Source of the DNA: Neoechinorhynchus agilis
Lineage: Eukaryota; Animalia; Acanthocephala
DNA length: 59,386 nt
Assembly: GCA_051530055.1 (NCBI GenBank)
Contig: JBMGUZ010000011.1
Coordinates: forward strand, 1-59,386
Direction: 5' to 3'
Shown here: positions 38,206-49,308 of the stretch, piece by piece
Position numbering within the stretch: the first letter of the stretch is position 1
Layout: every line of letters begins with the position of its first letter
Notes under the pieces: model-generated
Databases searched by the model: none
Seen by the model: only the letters and a program-made list of their open reading frames with translations
Told to the model about the DNA's origin: nothing
Made by a program: the position numbers and the translations under genes

Positions 38206-38562
38206 TTCGCGGACGGTGGTGATTGCACGTTTTGTGTTTTTTTGTAAAACCTAAAAAAGCTAAAAAAATAAAGCTCTAAAAAATAATTAGAAACCAACAA
38301 TAGAATCTATGGTTTTTGTTTTCAGTTTCCAACATTCTATGCCACATATTAGCGCCTTGATATTTTACCCGAAGTAACTTGCAGAACATGCGATCGTTTT
38401 CATTTGAGGGGATCCTATCATCCTGTTGAATCATGCAAACGAGGAAATAATTACGATTTACGAACGTTTATTAGATGAAGATCAATCATTTAAGAATTGC
38501 GGATAAACGTGATCACTATTGACTGAAACCCCAAAATCGTTGGTATCCATCAACGTTCCAGT

Positions 38563-39470
38563 TTAAGGGAGTTCACGTTTTGCATCTGGTAATGCAATTG
38601 TCTTGTGAGCATACTTAGGCCGAAGATTTAATTGACGGAAAAGGGATTTGACTGCAAATCTATTTCTGGTTAATCCATCATAAGTTTTTATATCTACAAA
38701 GTCTTTTTGAGTGCAAACGATTGTGACAAGTCGTTGGAAGTGACGTCGAGGTAAAGGTGGTTTATAACTATTTACAATATCTCCTTCTGGTCCAATTGAA
38801 GTGATATTGAAGCTACAGTAATGCAAGAAAGGTCCAGTTCTACCATCGGAAATTTTAGGGCTATCGACGCCAAGAACAAACAGTGCGTATTTTTGTCCAT
38901 CGTGAATAGGAAATTCTACTCTTATATCACCTACTAATTTCTCTCTCTCGATCTGATTATCATTTGAAATTTCTTCACCGCCAATGTAAAGTCTTAAGTC
39001 GCCACTATTTTGTTTGACCAGCGTGTTCATAATTTTGAGAGTTTTCCTCACGTCCTTGTTTCTGCCTTTGCCGTCGATTTTGCCCGGTACCAGGAATTGG
39101 TATACATGCCGACCAGTGGCGTACACGGGATATGTCGGTCCAAACACCGCCATCTTTTTAAGACCCATCCTTTTACTTTAAATAAGGAGAATTTAAGTTG
39201 CATCTGTGATAAAATCATCATATTTTTATGGCAATACAAAGAACCAGTGAATTATTCGACAAAACTTGCTATCTACGATGTTAACTTTTTTAAGGTGGTG
39301 AGTCGATTTCCTTGTCTTGAATGGGAGCTGCAAGTTATTCTTTGAATTTTAACAATAGGCACAGTTAGTTGTTCAGGGGGTGGCTCATTTCCCAGAAACG
39401 AACATTCAATTGTATCGTAAGGGTGTAAAATGGACTTTTGTTGGCAGGCGTGCAAATGAGTCAAAATCCA
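38563..39470 (-). CDS. PEBP-family protein with two tandem, degenerate PEBP domains; 5' structure uncertain
   Basis: Domain 1: FLGNE..P.VKI, IIHWFF, GPTYPVYATGRHVYQFLV. Domain 2: YALFVLGVDSP, FLHYCSFNI, YKPPLP..QRL, RNRFAVKSLF. Confidence 0.65.
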
Positions 39471-41112
39471 TGAATAATTCTTTACAAAAGGGGTTCTTTA
39501 GTCTACTTGGATATTTCAGTTCATTCAATATTTTTCGCGTCTAAGTAAAAAATCGACTTGCGATGTTATAAAAGACGTTTAAGTACAGATCAAGAATTGG
39601 ACAGATATTCGATAATTGTAAAACGTTGGCAGCTTTAAAACAAAGTTCTCGTTTTTTATGCTTTTAGATATTATTCATTTCTATTAATAATCGATATAAA
39701 ATCCCTCGAGATGATAGAGTTTCGGTAGATAATCAAAGATAATATTTTTTTCATGAGATTGTGATCAACACAACTATAGGATCATTAAAGAAGTATTTCG
39801 ACTGATTGAATCAGTCATTTTATCAATTCAATTGCTTGGATGCATTGAAAATAAAAAAAGAAAGTTATGTAGCTTTGAATGCAATCTTCAATGCAATAGT
39901 TAAACATTAAATTAATTAAATTTTTTCTATTGGAGAATTCAATATCGAACGCAGTCTTCTTTATTTTTAACATCTCGTTTTTACATACAGTGCAAAATGT
40001 ACAAAAAAATTCGTAAAAAATTACAGCACTTGGCATCACATCACACATCCTTCATCCAAAATTTGTTTATAATTTTATCGATATTTCCTCGTTTTCTCCG
40101 ATGGTTTTCACACACATTTACACGGTGGCCGCTAAATATCAGTTGACTTAATCCGATATTTCCATTTTAACCGCATTATGCTGAGCTTCTCGCCTAATTC
40201 CATTTATTGTAAAATATCTAAGCATCTATTATAATTGGAATTTATTCTTTAAAAAGAATATGATGTGAATGCGTTGAAGATGAATAAAATAAATGAAAAA
40301 GGAATGCGATGTAACGAAATTCGGCTTTTATAAATCAAGCATTAGAGTTTAGTGTACCTTTTGTTCTAAAACTCTCCTTTGAGCATTTACGACACCCATC
40401 TCCGAGCGCTTTAAAAGCTTCGATTACATCTAAATCGAATTCATCCTAATAAAATCAAATAGTTGAACTTCTTTTAAAGCTCGCTGCTTAAAATTGTGCT
40501 TTTTTTAGTTTTTGGTATTTCAGTAGATAACGGAAGCCTTTAAAAACTGGCATTCTTCATATCAAAATTTCCTGTATAATCATGTTTTATATCCTGGTGA
40601 TGCAGTGTCGTGCAAATGAGTTTATAAGTATTGATAACAATAATCGTTATCTTAAGTTCGGTGTTTTGCTTTATTATATTTTTATCAATATGAACCATTA
40701 TAATATTCTTTAAACTCTCTAGTTTTAAGCTTTTTATATCAGTAAATGACAGACATTAATTCTAAACAATTCGAATGTATAGATGCGTCTTGAAATATTC
40801 AGAAAAGTTAAAGCTTTCTCCAATTCAGTTTTGGCCTCTTCGCTTTTTGAGCTCTTAATTTAGCGCCATAAAAGCTTACAATTCTAATCGTGATCTTTAA
40901 GGATAAGTAGTTTTCAGCCATTCCAAATCGCTAACTGCCCATATGAACATTTTAGCTTATAGGCGTAGTAAATAGACTAACATTTTCTGAACGTGAAAAC
41001 CCTTTTTTTTAATTTGAATCATGCATCTAACAATTTCACCCACCGTGCAACGAATTCGTTGAAAGATATGAAGCCAAAAGTTTTCCTTAAATTTAAAAAA
41101 TAAGATTTATCT

Positions 41113-42072
41113 TTATTTACTTTTGTTAAGCGTTTCAACAAACTCTTCAATTAGAATGGCAAAATCGCACTTTTCGAATTTTTCCTTCATCTTCTCTTCA
41201 ACATTTGCTCTGATTTGATTCAAAACTTTTCGGCATGCATTTATAATATAAATTTCCTCTTCAACGCTCTGACATCGCTTGGCTAATTGAACAACAATTG
41301 AGTCCATGATTGCACCGATGATCATTTGCCGACTATCTTTATCAATATTCACCAAGTCTTTTAAATGCAATTGTAGTTTAGACGACTTCTTCGAATTTTG
41401 ACCATGGACCACTGCAAGTTCACTAGCGACAGAATAAAATTGTTCAACTTCATTAAACTCCGTATTCATGCCGGTGTGAAAATCTAGCAGGACACGATGG
41501 TTTTTCTCTTCGTGTAGTTTCTTAAATTCATTGCAGATTGACTTTAAAATAAAAGCTCCTATCATTTGACAAAGACGCATTTGCTTAGCGTGTGGATTTA
41601 AATCATCTAAATCTTTAGCAGTGTCAATTGATTTCTCCGGAGTACCTTTTAATCGCAGCATTTCGGGATCATCCGCAAAACGAACTCTTCTTTCTATCGC
41701 CGCTTTTACATAAGCTCCTTCTTGTGGTTTTATAGTTTTAGTAACTGGTTGCGGTTCTTGTTCAGTTCTATCGGTATCCGTAAACCTTCCAGAATCAACT
41801 TCGATCACAGGACTTTTACTTCGTTCCTTATCTGGAAGTTGTTGCATCTCAACTGCGTTCATTTTAGGTTCTTGCTCAACATTTTTATCGTCTTTCTTCA
41901 CTTTCTTGACGGCTCTCGTTGTTTTTTTGACTTTATCGGTTTCCGGAACTCGTTTGGGATTTCTTGGTTTGCTAGCTCTTCTCCGTAGAACCGTGTTCGG
42001 TTGACATCGCGCTTTGCATGAGTAACACCGTTTTACTTCCGCTTTTCCGTCATTGATAGCTGAATTGTTCAT
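41113..42072 (-). CDS. Orphan 319-aa single-exon protein (CxxC, K/E-rich middle, helical C-terminus)
   Basis: 960-bp ATG-to-stop ORF in AT-rich DNA. No recognised motif. Confidence 0.6.
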   Translation of the reverse strand: MNNSAINDGKAEVKRCYSCKARCQPNTVLRRRASKPRNPKRVPETDKVKKTTRAVKKVKKDDKNVEQEPKMNAVEMQQLPDKERSKSPVIEVDSGRFTDTDRTEQEPQPVTKTIKPQEGAYVKAAIERRVRFADDPEMLRLKGTPEKSIDTAKDLDDLNPHAKQMRLCQMIGAFILKSICNEFKKLHEEKNHRVLLDFHTGMNTEFNEVEQFYSVASELAVVHGQNSKKSSKLQLHLKDLVNIDKDSRQMIIGAIMDSIVVQLAKRCQSVEEEIYIINACRKVLNQIRANVEEKMKEKFEKCDFAILIEEFVETLNKSK

Positions 42073-42229
42073 CGCCGATATAGTCCAATGTCCTTTGCTT
42101 TTAATACAAACAGATCATAATGATTGTCTTGTCACCATAGTTACCATTAGAAATGTTTTCTAATACCTAGAAATAATGTATTATTTAATAAAATGATGCT
42201 CTTGGGTGTAATACTAGGTCACTTTTTCC

Positions 42230-42340
42230 ATGAAAGGGACCATCTTGGATGCCCTTGAACCATTCAAGACTGTAGAATTCGAACTCGAAGAAAATGAGCG
42301 TTCATTCATCGGGATTTGTCCCCTTGTCTTAACTCAGAAA
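42230..42340 (+). mobile_element. Possible hAT-like transposase fragment
   Basis: ILDALEPFKTVEFELEENERSFIGICPLVL loosely resembles the hAT L.PF..A...L motif region. Confidence 0.25.
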
Positions 42341-42499
42341 GATCAAGTAATTTTAGGATTCATTGCTCGCTGTTTCAAATACACAACAAAAATCATCAAC
42401 ATTTCGTTGTTACTTAAAGAATTTAACTGCAATAGAAGATCGGATTTATGGATACTCCTTTATAAAAAATCAAGTCTTCTTGTTTAAAAGAAAATTCCA

Positions 42500-43585
42500 A
42501 TTAGAATTGTGGTGAGCATAATCCCGGGATAAAATATATTTTATTTTAAATATCCCGCGAGGTAACTTCACCTCATCAATCATTTAAAAAGGTTTTAGCT
42601 GGTTCGTAGGATCGCTATTCCCGAGGTCAGGGCGCCGTGATTCCCCTCGACTCTCTGTACTGTGCGGCGTTTTCCCTAGATCTTTTAACACTTCGCTGGC
42701 CGATAGTTTTAAGCTAAACTTTTGTTTCCGTCCATTGTTTTGGACTTAGCAAGAACAATGCGTTTTTTAAGTTTTGCTCTATTTCTATAAAGTTGGTGCC
42801 ACCAAAATCCGATCGATGCTTACATGTCTCTTGATTAGAGATTGCCGACGAATGCTCAAATCGACTGCAGGCTTGCTTATGCTGAGCGACCCTCTTCTTG
42901 ATGTCCTGTGTCGTTTCTCCTATTTAGACTTTCTCAAACTGTTCACAGTGCATTCTATGGATCCCATTAGTCGGCTCAATTTTACCCTTCTTCTTGAATG
43001 TGCTTCTGAGAGCGATTCCTTTAGTATTGTATAGACGAATTCCAACCTTCTTACTCATAAAGGAGTAAATCATTTGATTCGTGTCATCTTCAATGAAATG
43101 CACTCTTTCGAAGCATACAGGCTCTGCAGAAGTCAAATGTGGATCATCGAGTAGATGAGATAAAAGAAGCTCTTCGGAAGTACGAAGAGTGGCAGCCGAG
43201 ATTTTATGCATCATCGGTTGGTGACTTGACCAGTGTGGTGGTCCCATGATAGGTTCTCCTTGCGATAAAATGAAGTGCTAACTTTGCCTTGTGCAGAACG
43301 CTTGACAAGGACGTCCAGGAACGAGACCTCACCGTTGATGTTCTCTTCATTGACTGTCCACTGCATGTGTGGATCTTTACTGTTAAGTTCACCATTTAGA
43401 GAATCTTTGTTGTGGTTTGAATCAGTCAGAATAAATACATCGTCCACATAACGCCGCCACCATCGGCATTAAAAATCAATGGAAAACGCTACACAGTGCA
43501 GAGAGTTCGAGTAGGCGAGGTGACCCTGTGAAATATCTTAAATATGTTATCCTCTGGAGGGTGCCCACCACAATTCTAATTCGAT
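42500..43585 (-). mobile_element. Decayed Penelope-like element (RT C-terminus + GIY-YIG) flanked by inverted ~100-170-bp homologous segments
   Basis: VDDVFIL..LN..QWTVNEE..GEVSFLDVLVKR..YRK (PLE RT) and GIHRMHC..*IGETT..KRVAQHK (GIY-YIG). 42500-42675 and 43480-43585 share, in inverted orientation, CACAGT.CAGAGAG and CACCACAATTCTAATT. Confidence 0.82.
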
Positions 43586-45402
43586 TATACCGAAGGAATT
43601 TCTATCGATAAAGAACATTCGAAAGTTCAAAATCTCAGTAGCTGATTTTTGAAATTATAATTCAAATCGCATTCTAGAAAACAAACCTTTGATATTATTA
43701 GTTCATTTTCCCTATAAAATGAAATATTATGCCTTTTAGGTATCAGAATTGTAATTTTAATTTTGAAACTGCCGAAAATAACGAACCCAGTTGTAATTTT
43801 ATTAGTTAATTTCGATTCAAAGAATGTAAAGACGTTTGTTACCATTGCTCTTAAATCATTCGAATCTTGTTGCACCGCTTTATTTTACACCGATAAACGA
43901 TCAGAGTAGTAGTATAAGCCATATAGCCAATACCCTGATAAAATATCCAAAACTGTTCTTAACCGAATTTGAATGGACTTTTTATACCACTAAAAAATGG
44001 CCATTAGGATAAATACTTGAATATATCAGAATTTTAATCAAATTAAAAGTCGACAATTTTTTTTATTTTAATTATATAAGTGACAAGACCAAAACAGGAT
44101 GAATTATTTCGTTTAAATTTATCTGCAAATTATTAGAATTTTATTAAATTCTCATATAAGAATATTTTGCAATAATTTTCCAAAATACTGCGTTTCGTAC
44201 AATTTATTAGATATTTTAAAAAAACTTCAAAAATGAGAGCACGATTGTTGCAAGGCATCGAAAATCGGCAAGCTGATTTAAGCGATCAAGGAGTTTACAC
44301 ATTTTAAATTCTTTATTTCAGAGAGTTTTGCTTGTTAGGAAATCACCAAAAATGCGAAACGATAAAATTCGCCAAAATCAAGTGGAGAAAAGTTCAAAGT
44401 CTGAGAAAAAATGCCTTTTATAATAAAGGAAGATAAGAAGACGACGAAAAGCGAAAGAAAAGGTTGCGAAGAATACAAGAAATATTGGTAATTCTTTGAC
44501 ATTAAATACGGATTTTCTTATTGGATAAATCCTGGTGGTCTCATTATGGATGATTTTTAGTGAAAAAAAGTCTTAGTTTCGACAAGAGTTTGATTTAATC
44601 ATCGGACAATGCGTAGAATATTGAATTTATTAAAATCTTTATTTTGTTCAATTTCACTTTTTTTATAAAAATTTGCAAAAATTGCGTTGATAGGCGGGTA
44701 AATTTGCAATGTAAAAAATGCAACAATTTATCCGCGTTCTATAATATGTTTAAATGGACCAATTGGGTTCTTGCAAGTTTAAATTAAAGTTAATAAAATA
44801 TTTTCGCATTTTTTACGGATATAAAATAGAAAGTTTACCTTCGTTTATTCTGAGGAGATTTTTAAAATAATTTTCTTAAAAAATAATTATGTAAAATGTG
44901 AGATGTTCCCTTTTGTTTACTCCTGAAAATGTATCATTTTTTTCATGTTGATTATTGTAGCTCATCTCGTAAAAGAAGATTTGCGTTAATTTTTATCGGA
45001 AAGTTTGTAAAATACACGGCTTCATACATTGAACTTCTTTTTTTGGATTATAAAGCTCCCAAATTCTGGAAAATGTTCCATCATGTGACTCACAAATTAA
45101 GGTAAAATGAAAAATGATTTTTGTTAAAAATTAGATTTTTTTATCTTGTTTCAATCACTCTTTTTTTTAAAATAAATTAGAGTTGTGAACATTAAAAAAA
45201 TAAAGCTTGTATAGTGTACAAAATACTGCTCCATTAGACGACAGTCGGAATTTTTTTTATGAAATATAGTTTTTTTTTAAATAGAAGAAACATTAAAAAG
45301 AGACGATTAATACTACATGGCATTGTGTTCAAGGTATTCTCGGTTGAAGAGAAAATGACCTACAAGAATGTTTAATTTTATTCCAAAAGATTTTAGAATT
45401 AA

Positions 45403-46470
45403 ATGTCGGTTGTTCGGCACACTTCCCCAAAAAGAAAGCTTATGTTATACGAAGCATTGACAAAACAAGAAAAGTCAAAACTGATGGTTGAGCTGAGTTC
45501 AATTAAAAATCTTCTAAAGAGTGCACACAAAGAGTTCTTAAGTACATGTGACAATTCGATCCAGATAATGCCGAGTAATCGTTAGTCAAATCATTCCACG
45601 TTTCTAATCTTTTGGTCTTTTCAAGAACTGACCCAAACTGAACGCCGAGCGTTGCTTGAGCGCATAAAAACCGCAAAAAAACACACTGACGCCGAAATGA
45701 AGTAAGTTTCAACATAAAACCTAAAAAATCTCAATTTCACTTCAATAGAATGGTCGAAAATGCGCTTCGTAGGATATCTTTGATTCAGTTCCAAAGAAGA
45801 TCTAGACTTCAATACAGCTGGTTATTTACACATCGAACAGATCTCTTTGAGTATCTCCGTTTGCTGGCGAAAACATTACCGGTGTGGATTCCGGACAGAA
45901 ATGAATCCGAAGTGCCCGACCTTTGTGGATCGTACATTGCCCCCAATCACAGATACTCAAAAAAAGATCTAGTGGTTATCAAAGCAAACGTTCAGGATTT
46001 GCATTGGATGATGGGAGAAATTATATCGGTCTCAAGTATTTGCTGCGAAGTGCAGGACATCGATCTTAGTGCTGAAACACCAAAGTGAGTATACATTGAT
46101 TATATTCAAATAATTATTTGATTTCTCGAATTCAGACTTAACATTCCGTTTGAAAGAATAGCTCCACTACCTACTCGGTCTATCGGATTCGACGGGCTCA
46201 AAAGTCCAAAACGATAGTACGAATTAAATGGAGAGTCAATCCATTAACCAACCCAGAGCTACTTTTAAAATATGAAACGGTTTTTAGAATTTAAAAATGT
46301 TATTTAATCAAATTATTTCTGTATTTTAGAAAGTATTGGCTTGGCACCCTACTTCAACGTGTTTTTACACAGCGTAAATCACCGAATCCTTCCCTGAGGG
46401 GGGGGCGGAAGAGCGTTTTGCGAACGGTTGATGAATTCGGTGAAACATGTACATTCTGTACCCAAAAATC
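45403..46470 (+). CDS. SGF29: SAGA-associated factor 29 (tandem Tudor), multi-exon; in-frame TAA at 46375-46377
   Basis: LAKTLPVWI..LCGS..WMMGEIIS..EVQDID..IAPLP and KVLAW.P..TCFY match SGF29 Tudor 1 and 2 blocks. Confidence 0.78.
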
Positions 46471-46771
46471 TTGATGATGATTACTCTGTTAAGTATCAAG
46501 ATTGTAGCAGCGACGGAATAACAGAACCGATTAGTGTTCCAATGATGTTTGTGATAAATTTTATGGAAATTCCTTCCTGAGTAAAATAAAATAGTCTTCA
46601 ATTTTGCATTTGAAAACTCAGTTCACAGTTTTTTTATATGTGCCTCACCCGGTAGTCTTTTGATAGATATTTTTTCCAAACACGGCCCAATGGACACCCG
46701 CAGTCCACCGATTCATTGGTCTGGGAAAGCGCTGGTCTGAGCTCAATGTCCCAAGACCGTAGACGGTTATA

Positions 46772-46915
46772 AGTTTGTACGCATCCCTCGGGATTCTCGG
46801 ATACCTCCCGGGGAGGCGGGACTCATCAGTGAGTTTCCTCCATTCAACGAGGCATTTCGTCCCCTTTTTGGTTGTGCGTCACTGGCGGTAACGGATTCGA
46901 ACCCGTTGACCCTTA
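46772..46915 (-). mobile_element. 5'-truncated copy of the tRNA/hammerhead element
   Basis: Minus strand: B box GGTTCGAATCC, GGGAC-GAAA-TGCCTC..GGAAACTCA-CTGATGA-GTCCC..GAGGTATC-CGAGAATCC..TACAAACT. Confidence 0.85.
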
Positions 46916-46965
46916 ACTGGAACTTGGAAAAAAATGGAAAGCTAATCCAGGCCAATTTGTTGCGA

Positions 46966-47167
46966 AGTTTGTACATTCCGTAGTTGTGCTGAGGTGGTCG
47001 AGTGGACTGATGCTCCTGATCCCATTTAGGATCAACGGGTTCGAATCCGTTACCGACGATGACGCACAACCAACGGGGACGAAATACTCCGTTGAATGGA
47101 GGAAACTAACTGATGAGTCCTGCTTTCCCGGGAGGTATCTGAGAATCCGGAGGGATTCCTACAAACT
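46966..47167 (+). mobile_element. Full-length copy of the tRNA/hammerhead element, head-to-head with the previous copy
   Basis: A box TGGTCGAGTGG at 46995-47005, B box GGTTCGAATCC at 47038-47048, outer stem GTTGTGC/GCACAAC, GAAA at 47081, CTGATGA at 47110 and GGTATC ending at 47139. Confidence 0.87.
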
Positions 47168-47407
47168 AATCATTGAGCGGAGACCATCGCTTCTTAGACC
47201 GAAATCGATGGACTGTGTGTCCATTCGGTCGGGTATGGAAAAAATATCTATTAGTTCACAATATTTCGTTGTCGAGCAAGTCTACGAATGTGGTCGCCTT
47301 GCTTCTTATTCGCTGCAGGAAAATAAAGCAACGAGTCAAACAACAATCTAAGTCTTTTTTTTCGGCTCTTAAAATAAAAGAAATTTTTTCTTTAAAATGA
47401 ACACGGA

Positions 47408-49283
47408 TTAATTCTCCGCGCTCTCTTTCATGATCTCGATCGATCTTTCGTAAGTATCAAGTACAGCTTCCATATACGCCGAACGAATGGCTGATTTTTC
47501 GAGTCTTCGTACACCCCGTATACTGGTTCCATTGGGAGAACAAACTTTTTCTTTAAGTAAACTTGGCGACAAATTTTGATCACCGGACGCGAGAAGGGCT
47601 CCTGTACCAAGGACAGCGTGACATGCCAGCTTAGAAGAAATATCTCGTGGGAGACCGAGCTGGACACCACCATCCACCATTCCTTCAACTGCAGTGCACA
47701 CCTTTTTTTGTATTAAGACGAGATTTAAACGTTGCAATTTTGTGGATAACTTACGAAAGCGAGAGAACTGCTTGAAACCGCCGACACAGCGTGGAGTTTA
47801 GACTCCTCCAATTTACCAACAGACGCTCCAAAGCATTCGAGAAAGTCTTCAATGATAGATTCGTCTTCTTTTGTACACTTTTCTGACACCGAATAAGCGG
47901 ATATGGCACTATTTTCAACTGCCGCGAGGTTTGTCACGATTCGAACAAATCGAGCTTTCGGTGCAGCCTGTTAACAATGATTAGCATATTAATTATAAGT
48001 ATTTTGATCATAATCAACAACTACAATGTTGTTATCGTTTATGTGAAGAACAAAATAAAAATTTAATGCAAAAGTAGAAAATCTTGAAATCAAACTTTTT
48101 GATACTTCTTGGACTCATAATTAGACCATAGAAATCGATTTCATTGTGAAATCGAACAACAATAAGAATTAAAAAAATCCATTTATATTTTGGGAAAAAA
48201 CTTTAACGGCTCAAAGAGGGATTAAAAATTTGAAAACGCTGTTTTGAAGAACTTCTTGGTATTTTGCGAGAGACCAAAACGAATAACGCCGTAATTTCTC
48301 GAAAAAAAACCAGAAATACGCAATTGTAAATAATTTTACAACTTTTTTAAACAAATCATTTTTCACATGTCAGTAGAGTCAAATAACAAACGACCCCCGA
48401 GCAGCCCATTACTTTTATCAGAAAATCAGCGATTCAGAAAAGGAATGTTGCATTCTCGAGGCAATGGAGGATAAAGATGATTCGATGCTCCCATCGGTAC
48501 TTTTATAAATTTTTAACGTTCCTGAGAAGTCTAAAAATAAATCAGGAAAAAGAAATTGTCTTAATTCCTTTCATGGCCGAAATATCGGACTTCATAAATT
48601 CCTTCAAATTTTCCACCACAAAAAAGGGCATGAGCAATTCAATGTTAAAACGAGTAAAAACACATTCTTTAGGATTAATGGTCCAAGAGAAACTTTGTCA
48701 TAAAATAGCAGTAAATTTGAGCGTTAAAATAAACGGATCCCGCCTTAAAAAAAGGGGCATGAGCAATTCAATGTTAAAACGAGTAAAAACACATTCTCTA
48801 GGATTAATGGTCCAAGAGGGACTTTGTCGTAAAATGGCAGTAAATTCGAGGGTTAAAATAAACGGATCCTTGAATAACTCAATAATCGTCTAACTTTTGC
48901 TAGAGTTGCCAGCTCTAATCCGGCTGCTACTGAAATGATTAATTTAGAATCGATTGCTCGTTGTTCCTTTTCTAGAAGCGGTACACAATCATTTGGTTTG
49001 ACGCACAGTACCACAATGTGGGACAAATCGATAACCTCTCGATTGGAGGACACTAAATTCAATCCGGAGTCCTAAATTCGTTTTTAGATGTAAACTGAAC
49101 TGAATTATATTACCTTTAGAAAGGCACGTCGGCTCTCACTTGCATCGAACACATTCACTTTGCTCATTGCATCCATTGAATTCGAAGAAATGGCTTTCGC
49201 CATGGCAAATCCCATTTGGCCACATCCGAGAAACCCGAAGCGGACGTTCGCATCTTTTGGAAGACGAGAGTTCGGTTCGAATG
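47408..49283 (-). CDS. PYCR: Pyrroline-5-carboxylate reductase, at least 4 exons; start codon not found
   Basis: FGFLGCGQMG (Rossmann), VVLCVKP, IISVAAG, VRIVTN, AVSSSSLAF, EGMVDGGV.LGLPR and LKEKVCSPNGTSIRGVRRLEK. Confidence 0.92.
48620..48870. repeat. ~128-bp tandem duplication in a PYCR intron
   Basis: AAAAGGGCATGAGCAATTCAATGTTAAAACGAGTAAAAACACATTC..GTTAAAATAAACGGATCC occurs twice. Confidence 0.9.
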
Positions 49284-49308
49284 CTAGCAAAATAAATACC
49301 TCTAATGG

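Noticed and set aside
42555-42590. Hammerhead beside the Penelope remnant (TGATGAGGT..ACCT)
   Set aside because: C3 and GAAA are missing and no stems I or III are found.
44370-44480. HMG-box-like fragment (KWRKV..EKMPF..EDKK)
   Set aside because: It needs frameshifts, is very short and is compatible with chance in A-rich DNA.
46753-46768. Resemblance (minus strand AACCGTCTACGGTCTT) to the start of the schistosome spliced leader
   Set aside because: Only AACCG is shared by other element copies, and there is no downstream donor or Sm site. Likely chance.
46983-47070. Functional tRNA gene
   Set aside because: The acceptor stem is not adjacent to the D and T arms as in a cloverleaf, the anticodon loop differs between copies (5-6 nt), and the T stem is irregular. 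It is treated as tRNA-derived.
47076-47150. Canonical type I/II/III hammerhead fold within a single element copy
   Set aside because: There is no UH site or stem I between GAAA and CUGAUGA, and no GAAA between CUGAUGA and the AUC. Only the permuted pairing uses all core bases.
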